Positions 37,205 to 46,415 of a DNA stretch of 63,783 bases are shown here, piece after piece. Position 1 is the first letter of the stretch. Every line of letters starts with the position of its first letter. The stretch lies in assembly GCA_964603655.1 (NCBI GenBank), contig CAZRVZ010000037.1, positions 1-63,783 of the forward strand, written 5' to 3'. The notes beneath the pieces are model-generated. The model saw only the letters and a program-made list of their open reading frames with translations, did no database searches and was not told the origin of the DNA. Origin of the DNA: an uncultured Pseudobdellovibrionaceae bacterium (GTDB lineage: Bacteria; Bdellovibrionota; FAC87; UBA2466). The position numbers and the translations under genes were made by a program.

Positions 37205-38110
37205 ATGCAAAGCATCCTTTCAGTCGATGTAGAGGACTGGTTTCACATTCTCGAGGTGAACTCCAGCCCTCGCTTTGAATTATGGGCGCGGTTAGAGTCG
37301 CGTGTTGAACGGAACGTGATGCGCCTGCTCGATGAGTTTGATATCAACGGCATCAAGGTGACCTGCTTTTTTTTGGGTTGGGTCGCTGAGAGATTCCCGC
37401 ACTTGGTTTTGGAGGTCGCGCGTCGGGGGCACGAAATCGCGTCACACGGTTATTCGCACCGGCTCATCTACACGCAGTCTCGCCAGGAGTTCAGAGAAGA
37501 CATTCGAAAAGCCAAGGACATTCTGGAAAACACTACCGGAACTCCCGTCCTAGGGTACAGAGCACCGGGATTTTCAATCGTGAAATCAACGATCTGGGCG
37601 CTAGAAGAGCTCGTCACCGCCGGCCACCAATACGACTCCTCGATATTCCCCACGGGACGCGGCCACGGGGGATTGGTCGGTGCCGAAACGTCGCCTCACT
37701 CCATCGCCACTCCAAGCGGCGCAATTTTTGAATTCCCCATCTCAGTCGCCAATTTTCTGGGACGGAAGATTTGCTTTTTTGGGGGGGGATACCTCCGGCT
37801 GTTTCCCTACTCGCTGATTCGACGAATGTCTCACACTGTGCATGCCGACGGAAGGCCCGTCGTATACTATGTTCACCCGAGAGAGATCGATCCCTCGCAC
37901 CCCAGACTTCCCATGGGCCCCTTTCGTAAATTTAAGTCCTATTTAAATCTTAATAGTACGATGCCCAAGTTGTCGGCACTACTCCGGGACCAGGAGCTAA
38001 CGACATTTCAAAACTGGCTCGCGACACACGCTCAGGAGTTTCTACTATCCCAGAACTCTCAGTGGCCTCAGGAACTTCAGAGTTCTCGAGAGCATGGGCT
38101 CGCCGCCTAA
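37205..38110 (+). CDS. polysaccharide deacetylase (CE4; PEP-CTERM-locus/DUF3473-type)
   Basis: Trimmed to MQSILSVDVEDWFHI, the characteristic start of this subfamily. HEIASHGYSH metal motif. C-terminal DUF3473-like part. Confidence 0.8.
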   Translation: MQSILSVDVEDWFHILEVNSSPRFELWARLESRVERNVMRLLDEFDINGIKVTCFFLGWVAERFPHLVLEVARRGHEIASHGYSHRLIYTQSRQEFREDIRKAKDILENTTGTPVLGYRAPGFSIVKSTIWALEELVTAGHQYDSSIFPTGRGHGGLVGAETSPHSIATPSGAIFEFPISVANFLGRKICFFGGGYLRLFPYSLIRRMSHTVHADGRPVVYYVHPREIDPSHPRLPMGPFRKFKSYLNLNSTMPKLSALLRDQELTTFQNWLATHAQEFLLSQNSQWPQELQSSREHGLAA

Positions 38111-38112
38111 TA

Positions 38113-39201
38113 ATGGAAACCATCGACATTCGCCCATTTCACATTTCCGACCGAGAGAATATTCTTATCCTCTTCAGGGATGTTTTCGGATCCAGTCGGA
38201 CCCCCGAATGGTGGGACTGGCAATTTATCAAGAACCCATTTTCGCGCCCGATCATTTGGCTCGCTGAAACGCCCGAAAAAACCCTGGTGGGACATTACAG
38301 CCTCATTCCCGTTCCCCTGTGGAATAAGGGGGCGCTTCGAAAGGCAGGGTTTTCGATTCACAGTATGATTCATCCAAATTATCAACGTCGCGGACTACTG
38401 CAAAGATTGGCTGCTTCGGCGGAACAACAGCTGGCCCAGGACGGCATTGAACTCGGCGCGACATTTCTCAACGACAACTCCCTTCCCGTCTATACCGATC
38501 GGCTTGGCTGGCACGAAATTACCGGCGGCCTGCCAATCTATGTTCGAGTGCTGGATGCCAGTCCGCTCATCGAAAGATATTGGAAGGCCTCCGGCTGGAC
38601 ACGAATGCTGCACCGATACACCACGCTTGTTGCGAATGCTCTGCTGGCACCGCCGTTGCCAGCGAATTGTGGGCCCAACACAATTGTTAAATTGGATAAC
38701 TTTGACGAACGAGTCGATACGCTTTGGCAATCAATTCGACGTCATATTACTTTCGGAACGGATAGGAATTCGAATTACCTGAATTGGCGCATATCCGACA
38801 ACCCCAACAAGTACCAGATTTATGGCTATCTATCGGGAGAGGATCTGAAAGGACTTATAGTCACGCGATGCGATCGCAAATTCGGCTCCAATTTGGGTTA
38901 CATCGTCGAACTCATGTTCGAGCCGCAAGAGCCCGCGATCGGTAAATCCCTTCTGGAGTTCGGCCTTCGGAAATTTTTGGACTCAGGCGTTCATCTCGTC
39001 ACGGCGCTTGGATGCAAGCCTCTGGGAACTCACACACTGTTTACGCAGTGTGGATTTCGACAACCTCCGAAATGGCTCATGCCTCACGACGTCCATTTCT
39101 GCCTGAGAGACAACACTGCGTCCAACGCGCGCTCACCTGACGTTCAGTTGCTTTCTCTGGACCGATGGTACCTGAGCTGGTCGGATCATGACGTTGTGTA
39201 A
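38113..39201 (+). CDS. GNAT-fold acyltransferase (FemAB-like accessory of EPS loci)
   Basis: Trimmed to METIDIRPFHISDRENILILFRDVFG. IHPNYQRRGL acetyl-CoA loop. ATG is 3 nt after the deacetylase stop. Confidence 0.7.
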   Translation: METIDIRPFHISDRENILILFRDVFGSSRTPEWWDWQFIKNPFSRPIIWLAETPEKTLVGHYSLIPVPLWNKGALRKAGFSIHSMIHPNYQRRGLLQRLAASAEQQLAQDGIELGATFLNDNSLPVYTDRLGWHEITGGLPIYVRVLDASPLIERYWKASGWTRMLHRYTTLVANALLAPPLPANCGPNTIVKLDNFDERVDTLWQSIRRHITFGTDRNSNYLNWRISDNPNKYQIYGYLSGEDLKGLIVTRCDRKFGSNLGYIVELMFEPQEPAIGKSLLEFGLRKFLDSGVHLVTALGCKPLGTHTLFTQCGFRQPPKWLMPHDVHFCLRDNTASNARSPDVQLLSLDRWYLSWSDHDVV

Positions 39202-39298
39202 AGCATCTAAAACATAACTCTCAAGTTTTCGCCCCAGCCATCCGATACCACAGAGTAAGCCAAGTAAGTCAGCTAACCTTTTCTAGAAGGAGAAGTAT

Positions 39299-39517
39299 AT
39301 GAGTACTCCTTTTAGTCGTCCTGAGTTTTTCAATGAGGACGATCAAATCGAACGGACACGGTGTGTGCAGGTAGAAAAGTACGATAGGTGTACCTTCTGC
39401 CAAAGCAAGCTCGTGTTCAGCCACGACCTCAACATTAGTTACTTTCAGGTAATCGAGACGAGTCGATGCCCGGGATGCGGGGTGACCATGCACCCGAAGC
39501 GATTCACGTTACACTGA
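39299..39517 (+). CDS. small zinc-ribbon protein (72 aa)
   Basis: Strong RBS (AAGGAGAAG-N5-ATG). CTFC...CPGC four-Cys pattern. Its 3' end overlaps the convergent membrane-protein gene by 14 nt. Confidence 0.5.
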   Translation: MSTPFSRPEFFNEDDQIERTRCVQVEKYDRCTFCQSKLVFSHDLNISYFQVIETSRCPGCGVTMHPKRFTLH

Positions 39518-40589
39518 ACACTCGAAATACTTCGCCCGCGGTGAGTGAGGTAAAGAACGCGGCGAATAGTTTGGCGAGTGTTCCCGAGGAGACGTGTGCG
39601 ATTCCCGCGAGAGCAATTCCGGCAAAAAGCAGTCGAGTCGATGTGTTGGCCACGCTCGAAAAAGCCAAAACCACACCCATGGCATAGATCGGGATGAGCC
39701 GGTTGAGCCACGTCGTGTGGCTGGCAAGGCTTAACACGGCGCCGATGAGAAACACGATCAGCGAGATGACCGGGCCAGCGCCCGACATTTGCCAACCCAT
39801 CGAAAGTCCGGCGACCCACTGACCCGGGGAGTAGAGGAGACTCGCCAGCGCGCTCCCGCCAATAGATGGAATCGCGTGTCGGTACCACTCCCAACGCATG
39901 CCGATGCCCACCGCGAGCGGAACTCCTAAAAACACGGCGCGCTTCACCACCTGGGCCAACTGAAAGTGACGCTGGTAATACCAGAATATGCCTGCCAGAA
40001 GCGGCAACCAACCGAGCACAATCCAGTCACCCAACGCAAGTAGACCAATGGCGCCCCCGGCGAGAAACCACTGATTGTCCAGAGCGCGCCTCAGCATGAT
40101 TGCGGTCATGCACAATGAAAATGATAGTGATGAGCCAAGCGACATCTCATAGCTGGACGGAAACACTAAGATGAGCAAAACGCCCCAGAGTGCAGTGTCG
40201 AGGAGTACCATGCGACTGAGCAGAATATAGATTTCGAAAAGAAACAGGAGAAAAAACGCGTTGGAAATCACCAGCGTCGAAGCAATCGCGCCCATCGGGA
40301 ATAGCTCCATCCAGCCACGGACGACCCAGAAGAACGGGTACCGGTTTTCAGCAAAAACCTGGTTCAGCGGAACCCCGGCCAGGCGTTCCACGAGATCGAT
40401 CTCGGCGACTCGATGGAGACGTTGGTTCAACTCACCCACCAATACAGCGGAAGACTCAATTTTCCAACTGCGAATCCCGCCAAGACCCTTTACATCGAGC
40501 CGTAGATTGAGCGCATAATTGACAGCAAGAAGCGCTACGGCGGTAAGCACCATACGGTGCACCGCGAACCCGAGTATTATTTTCCACAT
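39504..40589 (-). CDS. polytopic membrane protein, possible GT-C-type glycosyltransferase
   Basis: About 10 hydrophobic helices across 361 aa. No diagnostic motif recognised. Confidence 0.45.
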   Translation of the reverse strand: MWKIILGFAVHRMVLTAVALLAVNYALNLRLDVKGLGGIRSWKIESSAVLVGELNQRLHRVAEIDLVERLAGVPLNQVFAENRYPFFWVVRGWMELFPMGAIASTLVISNAFFLLFLFEIYILLSRMVLLDTALWGVLLILVFPSSYEMSLGSSLSFSLCMTAIMLRRALDNQWFLAGGAIGLLALGDWIVLGWLPLLAGIFWYYQRHFQLAQVVKRAVFLGVPLAVGIGMRWEWYRHAIPSIGGSALASLLYSPGQWVAGLSMGWQMSGAGPVISLIVFLIGAVLSLASHTTWLNRLIPIYAMGVVLAFSSVANTSTRLLFAGIALAGIAHVSSGTLAKLFAAFFTSLTAGEVFRVFSVT

Positions 40590-40619
40590 CTTAGAAATTA
40601 TAACATATACAGGACTTTG

Positions 40620-41318
40620 TTAATTCGGGCGCTGCAGTCCCGCCAGAATCGTCGCCACCAGGGCGGCTGTTTCGCAACGCAGTCGATTCTGCCCAAGACC
40701 CATTAGCAAGGCTCCGGCGCCCTGAATTCGCCGATTTTCGTCGTCGCTCCACCCACCCTCGGCTCCGACCAGGATTGAGATCCCATCCGATGGCAGCGTA
40801 GGGAGCGATTCGATACGGTGGGCTTCGCTACAAAAGAAAAGAGGGGACCTATTCGATCGTGCGGAGATGAAATCCCCAAGCGCCATAGGATCCATCAATT
40901 CTGGAACGTGGAGTCTCTCGCATTGTTTGCACACCTCAAGAACAACGCGCTCCCAGCGATTGCGATTCCAGAACGAAGCCGGCTGGCTATGCTGAGTCAG
41001 GAGCGGCTGAAAACACGTAACGCCAATTTCGGTGCAACGTTTGATGATGAATTCCAAGGCCGGCCCCTTCGGAAGCCCAAAGGCCAATGTCAGGGTGACT
41101 GGCGCGGGAGTAACACTCACCGACTCAATCGTTGCGGTCAAAAGGCCGTTCGTGATCATTGCGATTCGCGCCGTAGCCAACCCGCCCCTGCCGTCAATCA
41201 GCAGAATTGGATCCAGGATTTTGGCTCGAAACACCTTCAAGGCGTGGTGTGATTCGTTGGAATCGAGAGTGACCGATTGCCCGGTCACAAAAGGGCCCCT
41301 ATTTAGAAAACGATTCAT
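40620..41318 (-). CDS. rsmE: 16S rRNA (uracil1498-N3)-methyltransferase
   Basis: ESHHALKVFR N-terminal PUA-like motif and the VGAEGGWSDDE SPOUT knot motif. Confidence 0.85.
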   Translation of the reverse strand: MNRFLNRGPFVTGQSVTLDSNESHHALKVFRAKILDPILLIDGRGGLATARIAMITNGLLTATIESVSVTPAPVTLTLAFGLPKGPALEFIIKRCTEIGVTCFQPLLTQHSQPASFWNRNRWERVVLEVCKQCERLHVPELMDPMALGDFISARSNRSPLFFCSEAHRIESLPTLPSDGISILVGAEGGWSDDENRRIQGAGALLMGLGQNRLRCETAALVATILAGLQRPN

Positions 41319-42306
41319 GATAAACCACGACTCGATTTCTACCAGTTTCCTTGGCCTTATACAGAGCGCGATCGGCCGCGTGGATAATGGATTCCGCGTC
41401 TTCAGCGTGCAGAGGGTAACCTGCCAAACCGACGCTCAACGTGAGGTATGCCGGTTTCCTTTCGCCCTGAAATCCATTGCGCTCTACCTGGGAGCGCAAG
41501 CGTTCGCAAATTTCCTGACCGGATTGAAGATGGGTTTCCGGAAACAAAATCAAAAATTCTTCGCCGCCGTAACGGCAAAGCGAATCCGATTTGCGCAAAT
41601 TGGCCGAAAAAATCTGAACGACCTTTTTCAACGCCTCGTCTCCGGCCAGATGGCCTTCCATGTCATTGAACTCTTTAAAATGATCGAGGTCTACCATGGC
41701 TACACCAATCGGCCGGCGATGGCGCTTCGAACGCTCGATCTCCTCTTGAAGTTTTGCATAAAACGGCCGGCGATTGAGCGTTTTGGTCAGCGGGTCGGTC
41801 ATTGCCAACTCGGACAACCTTTCATTGGCCTCTCGAAGCTCCTGGGTGCGATCGCGAACCGTCGCTTCAAGACTGACGTTGAGCTGTCGAAGCTCGGCCT
41901 CTTTCGCGGTCAGCTCGCGAACCAAACTTTCATTCTTTTTAAGAATTTCGTGGTGGGTGACCGCCTGTTTCACTATTCCGACCAGCTCCTGATTGTCCCA
42001 GGGCTTGGTGACATAGCGATAGATTTCCGCCCGATTGATCGCCTCTAAAATTTCTCGCGTTTCTGGAAATGCTGTAAGGACAATTCGGGTTGTCAGGGGT
42101 GAAATCTTGGCGGCCCGGGTTAAAAATTCGGTTCCCAGCATCTGGGGCATTCGCTGATCGGAGATGACGCTGGCAAACTGACGCGCCTTCAAGAGTTCCA
42201 ATCCCCGTACCGGATCGGATTCGCTTACGATGTCAAATTGAGGGCGCAGCGTTCGCTCCAACGCACGCAAATTATCCACCTCGTCATCTACAATGAGTAC
42301 CTGCAT
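41299..42306 (-). CDS. response regulator with coiled-coil linker and GGDEF diguanylate cyclase domain
   Basis: Trimmed to MQVLIVDDE (REC domain, phospho-acceptor D in ISDQRMP). GGEEF active site with an RKSD I-site 5 residues upstream. Confidence 0.85.
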   Translation of the reverse strand: MQVLIVDDEVDNLRALERTLRPQFDIVSESDPVRGLELLKARQFASVISDQRMPQMLGTEFLTRAAKISPLTTRIVLTAFPETREILEAINRAEIYRYVTKPWDNQELVGIVKQAVTHHEILKKNESLVRELTAKEAELRQLNVSLEATVRDRTQELREANERLSELAMTDPLTKTLNRRPFYAKLQEEIERSKRHRRPIGVAMVDLDHFKEFNDMEGHLAGDEALKKVVQIFSANLRKSDSLCRYGGEEFLILFPETHLQSGQEICERLRSQVERNGFQGERKPAYLTLSVGLAGYPLHAEDAESIIHAADRALYKAKETGRNRVVVYHESFSK

Positions 42307-42337
42307 CGGAGGAAAGAATACACTAGAAAACAAAATG

Positions 42338-42398
42338 GAGCGACTAGGGTGTACGGTCCAGGAAGGCCGTTCTGGACTCGCCCAGAGCCTAGTCGCTC
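42338..42398 (-). terminator. terminator-like hairpin in the leader of the REC-GGDEF gene
   Basis: 11-bp outer stem GAGCGACTAGG/CCTAGTCGCTC with a 6-bp inner stem GTCCAG/CTGGAC. On the minus strand it is followed by CATTTTGTTTTC, about 30 nt before the ATG at 42306. Confidence 0.45.
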
Positions 42399-42587
42399 TG
42401 AGTCATTAACATGCAATGATACAGCCAACTCGTCGAAAATCGAAAAGGCTCAATGGCCTTCTCAGCGCATCCTGGGTGAATACACGCATCCCGAAAAGTG
42501 TGTATTCTCAGGTCGTATTCATTCGGATGGCCATAAAATTGACGGTAGCGGGGCAAAAACGGATAATCTCTTCTTAAATATGCAACT

Positions 42588-44069
42588 ATGAAAAAGTTAC
42601 TTCGACTCGGTGTTTTGCTGTGGGGGATTAATCTGTGGCAGCCAATTATCGCCAAAAACGCCCTAGCCACCGATTTCACCCCAAAAATCGCAAAGGAAAT
42701 CAGGGCAATCCTACAGCCCCATAAGAATACCGCCCTAGAATTCGGAGTTATGGCCCAATCGCTTGAAAAAGGGGACACCCTGTTTGAGGCCCACGCCGAC
42801 AAACAGCTCATTCCTGCAAGTGTGAACAAGGTTGTTACCGCGTACGCGGCGCTCAAGCGGCTAAAACCAACCGCCACTTTTAAGACTACGGTGTTCGCCA
42901 CCGGGAGCATTCGGGACGGCAATCTGCTGGGTGATATATTCCTGAAAGGTGGCGGCGATCCGAGTCTGGTGTCCGAGCGCATGTGGATGCTCGTCAACGA
43001 CCTGTACCGCTCGGGAATCCGGATCATTTCCGGAAACATTGTGGGGGATTCGTCTTACTTTGATTTCGAACGTAACCCCGATTCGCGCCCCAAATATTTA
43101 AAGGATCAGGCATTTGCCGCACCGATTGGCGCGCTTTCCTTTAACTTCAACACCACCACCATTTATGTAAAAGCCGCGGAGAAACCGGGCGTACCCCCTA
43201 TCGTATTCATCGATCCGGAGAACCCCTATATCGATGTGGTGAATCAGGCTTTAACCGGTAAAGCCGGATCGAATAATTCGTTGGTGGCAATGCGCCTCGA
43301 TTATGTAAAGGGAGTTCTGGGAGATACGGTGCTCCTTAGGGGGTCGCTTCCCCTGGACGCTAAGGAGTCTCGCTTTTACCGTAATATCGTAAACCCGGGG
43401 CTTTACGCCGGGCACATGTTCAAAACTTTTCTTGAGGCACGGGGGATGAAGGTCCAGGGAAATATCATCGAGGGCACCGTTCCCGAAAATGCCAGGCAGC
43501 TGATGGAGTTCGAGTCGCTGCCGCTGTGGCAGGTTATCTGGGGAATGAACAAGTTTTCCAACAACTTTGTGGCCGACCAATTGTTGAAAAAACTGGGAGC
43601 GGATACCTGGGGCGCGCCCGGTACCCTCGCCAAAGGTCTTTCCGCCGTGGAAGAGGCACTGGAAGATATCGGAATAAAAAAGGGTTCCTATGCCATGGCC
43701 GATGGGAGTGGCCTCACCCGCGATTCCCATTTTAGCGCCAGGCAACTCCTGACTGTCCTCAGGGCGGCCCACAAGGACTTTGCAATCTCCCACGAATTCG
43801 TGGCGTCGCTGGCCATTGCCGGCCAGGATGGATCGCTTCGTCGACGATTTTCCAGCGTGAAGGAGACTGATGGAACCTTCTTAAGAGCCAAAACCGGCAG
43901 TCTCGATGGCGTGTCGAGTCTGGCAGGCTACACGGTTTCGGGAGATGGAGAAGACATCGTTTTTGTCGTACTGCTCAACGACAGAAAATTGAGGTACGGA
44001 TCGATGATCGAATGGCGCGATAAAATTGCCAAGGTCTTCCATGAGTATCGCCGGGAAAAGAAGCCGTGA
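42588..44069 (+). CDS. dacB: D-alanyl-D-alanine carboxypeptidase/endopeptidase (PBP4, S13 family)
   Basis: Signal peptide. PASVNKVVT (SxxK), DGSGL (SxN-type) and KTGSL (KTG) motifs. Confidence 0.85.
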   Translation: MKKLLRLGVLLWGINLWQPIIAKNALATDFTPKIAKEIRAILQPHKNTALEFGVMAQSLEKGDTLFEAHADKQLIPASVNKVVTAYAALKRLKPTATFKTTVFATGSIRDGNLLGDIFLKGGGDPSLVSERMWMLVNDLYRSGIRIISGNIVGDSSYFDFERNPDSRPKYLKDQAFAAPIGALSFNFNTTTIYVKAAEKPGVPPIVFIDPENPYIDVVNQALTGKAGSNNSLVAMRLDYVKGVLGDTVLLRGSLPLDAKESRFYRNIVNPGLYAGHMFKTFLEARGMKVQGNIIEGTVPENARQLMEFESLPLWQVIWGMNKFSNNFVADQLLKKLGADTWGAPGTLAKGLSAVEEALEDIGIKKGSYAMADGSGLTRDSHFSARQLLTVLRAAHKDFAISHEFVASLAIAGQDGSLRRRFSSVKETDGTFLRAKTGSLDGVSSLAGYTVSGDGEDIVFVVLLNDRKLRYGSMIEWRDKIAKVFHEYRREKKP

Positions 44070-45241
44070 TCCTAACCGGACTCGATCGATTTTGCGAAAA
44101 GGAGTTCACACGCTTTCAAGGAATGCGCCTGGGACTGCTTTGCAACCAGGCATCGGTTAGTCGCAGCTTATCCCATGCTTCGGATCTGCTCGCGCAAAAA
44201 AAACTTAAACTCGATCTCAAGCTATTCTTCGGCCCCCAGCATGGGATTCGGGGCGAAAAGCAGGATAACATGGTCGAGTCGGATGATTTTATCGACTCAA
44301 GGACCCGCCTTCCGATCGTCAGCCTGTATTCAAAAACTAGAGAGCCAAGGGCGGAGCAACTCAAGCTCATCGATTGCCTCTTGGTGGATCTTCAAGACGT
44401 TGGCTGCCGCATCTACACCTTCATGTACACGATGGCCAATTGTATGCGAATTGCCAAAGCCACCGGGTGCAAAGTGGTCGTGCTCGACAGACCAAACCCT
44501 ATTGGTGGAATTGCCGTGGATGGAAATGTTCTCGAACCGGCATTTGCGTCCTTTGTTGGTCAATACCCCATCGTCACACAGCATGGGATGACGCTTGGGG
44601 AACTGGCAAAACTGTTTAACGGTGTTTTCGGTATCGGCTGCGATCTCGAGGTGATTGGAGTGAATGGGTGGAAGCGCGAGCGCCAGGCAGATACCTGGGA
44701 TCGCGATTGGATTCCGCCGTCACCTAATATCCCCACGCTGGCCGCCGCAAGGCTTTTCCCGGCGACGGTTCTCTTTGAGGGAACAAATATTTCCGAGGGG
44801 CGCGGCACCACGAAACCGTTTGAGTGGATCGGGGCACCCTTTATCGACCCCGATCGACTCAGCGCCCACATGAACCAACACAAACTGAGCGGCGTATTTT
44901 TTCGACCGGTTTACTTTCAGCCGACATATCAAAAACAGAAGGACAGAGTCTGTGGCGGTGTCCAGCTGCACATCACGGACCCTAAAAAGTTCAAGCCAGT
45001 TCGCACCGGCAACGAACTGCTCTATGCCGTTCGCGCGCTTTACGGGGACAAGCTCCAGTGGAAACAACCGCCGTACGAGTACGAGCTAGAAAAACTGCCC
45101 ATCGACCTAATCGCCGGCACCGACCAACTTCGTCTTGCCGTCGATGCGCAGAAAGGACTCCGTGCATTCCACGACCGCGTCAACGCTGACGTGTCTGCGT
45201 TTGGCCGGATGAGAAAGAGGGTATTGAGTGGTGCGGGGTAG
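44066..45241 (+). CDS. namZ: DUF1343 family exo-beta-N-acetylmuramidase (NamZ-like)
   Basis: LLCNQASV.., DLQDVGCRIYTFMYTM and DRPNPIGG motifs typical of DUF1343. Overlaps the dacB stop by 4 nt. Confidence 0.7.
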   Translation: MILTGLDRFCEKEFTRFQGMRLGLLCNQASVSRSLSHASDLLAQKKLKLDLKLFFGPQHGIRGEKQDNMVESDDFIDSRTRLPIVSLYSKTREPRAEQLKLIDCLLVDLQDVGCRIYTFMYTMANCMRIAKATGCKVVVLDRPNPIGGIAVDGNVLEPAFASFVGQYPIVTQHGMTLGELAKLFNGVFGIGCDLEVIGVNGWKRERQADTWDRDWIPPSPNIPTLAAARLFPATVLFEGTNISEGRGTTKPFEWIGAPFIDPDRLSAHMNQHKLSGVFFRPVYFQPTYQKQKDRVCGGVQLHITDPKKFKPVRTGNELLYAVRALYGDKLQWKQPPYEYELEKLPIDLIAGTDQLRLAVDAQKGLRAFHDRVNADVSAFGRMRKRVLSGAG

Positions 45242-45449
45242 TGCTACTGGCGAGTGGCAAGTCTGCAGCCCCCCTGTCAAAGTCTTGGTTGTTTTTTCAC
45301 CGTCGCGCCCGCAAGCGATCAGCTCGATGAATGTGCCCGAGAGCCCCGCGTGTACCGCGGATTGAAGCGCTTGATTTTCACTCCGAGAAACAAAACTTGA
45401 ACTTCCAATAAAGCGTTCTTTCCTAAAAGTCTTGAAACAATGCGTGGTG

Positions 45450-45785
45450 CTATTTCAAAGCTTTTTTCAACGCTGAGACATTCTGAATATCGATCAATTT
45501 TCCGTTCAAATACTTGTGAAGCACGCTAGTAACCAGAGTTTGATAGGGAATTCCCTCTTCTTCGGCTCGGCCCTTGAGTGAGGCAAGAGTTTCTTCCGTG
45601 AGGCGTACATTTATTCGCTCTTCTTTCCGTATCTCTTTACGTCTTTCCACATCCACTCTTGCCATCTGTTTAAATTTTTCGATATTGGAGCCCGATACCG
45701 AGCGATATTTCCCAGACGCAATGTCATTGGAAATCCCTTTTTCCTCTTTGGTCAGTCTATTTTTCAAGATTAAACTCCTTTGCAA
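45450..45785 (-). CDS. brnA: BrnA-like antitoxin (RHH/CopG), second copy
   Basis: INVRLTEETLASLKGRAEEEGIPYQTLVTSVLHKYL RHH region. TTG start overlaps the brnT 3' end by 29 nt. AT-rich. Confidence 0.7.
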   Translation of the reverse strand: MQRSLILKNRLTKEEKGISNDIASGKYRSVSGSNIEKFKQMARVDVERRKEIRKEERINVRLTEETLASLKGRAEEEGIPYQTLVTSVLHKYLNGKLIDIQNVSALKKALK

Positions 45786-46029
45786 GCCTTCGATCTGGAA
45801 AGGCTGTTTGTAGTTGAATTTCTGCCGCAGTTTCTACGAATGGAACCACCCAAGGGTAATCGTTGATCTTAACAATGAAGACCAACTGGTTTCGGTGCCG
45901 TTTACTCCTGTTCTGGCGAACATCCATCAAATCCGTGCCTAGCTTTTCTACCACCTCTTCAAATGAAATTCCTCGGGTGTGCTTTAGCCACTCATTTTTT
46001 TCAAGGCTCCATGTGAACGGCTTATCCAA
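45757..46029 (-). CDS. brnT: BrnT-like toxin (DUF497), second copy
   Basis: FTWSLEKNEWLKHTRGISFEEV..LVFIVKINDYPWVVPF pattern of DUF497. Apparent TTG start. Confidence 0.7.
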   Translation of the reverse strand: MDKPFTWSLEKNEWLKHTRGISFEEVVEKLGTDLMDVRQNRSKRHRNQLVFIVKINDYPWVVPFVETAAEIQLQTAFPDRRLAKEFNLEK

Positions 46030-46175
46030 TAGTCTAGAGTTTACCTAATGTATGCCTAATGTCAACCGTCTTGCGGCCGTGGCTTTGGACTTGTTTTTCT
46101 CTTACCGTTTACAAGGAACGATGGACCAACTGCATTTGCTGGTACCAACATTGCCTCCACAGAGAAACGATCCCA

Positions 46176-46325
46176 ATGCACAAGGAACTAAAAAAAGGGC
46201 TTGAAAGGACGTATTCTTATCAACGTCTAGAGAATCCCAAAACTGCAAATCCGGAATTTGAAACCCTTATCCGAATTAAGAGGGCGTTCCCAGAGTTGGA
46301 CTTTGGTGAGCTTTTGGCAGCTTGA
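46176..46325 (+). pseudogene. remnant of an XRE-family HTH gene (C-terminal half only)
   Basis: ..YQRLENPKTANPEFETLIRIKRAFPELDFGELL matches only the recognition-helix-distal half of an XRE HTH. The upstream in-frame sequence is not HTH-like. Confidence 0.4.
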
Positions 46326-46415
46326 ATAGCCGCTCGGTGGGTATTGGAGAACCCGCTCGCCGAACGTCTACCTCCAACATAACCCGCCCAATTACCCATC
46401 AACCGTGTCTCAATC

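Noticed and set aside
42338-42398. Possible small SRP (4.5S) RNA, because of the GGTCCAGGAAGG hairpin tip.
   Set aside because: It is only about 61 nt long and lacks the conserved GGAA-GCAGCC/AGCA symmetric-loop motifs of domain IV.
42389-43039. 216-aa minus-strand ORF overlapping the dacB 5' region.
   Set aside because: It is opposite a PBP4 gene with clear SxxK/KTG motifs, and its translation is low-quality (Arg/Ser/Pro-rich).
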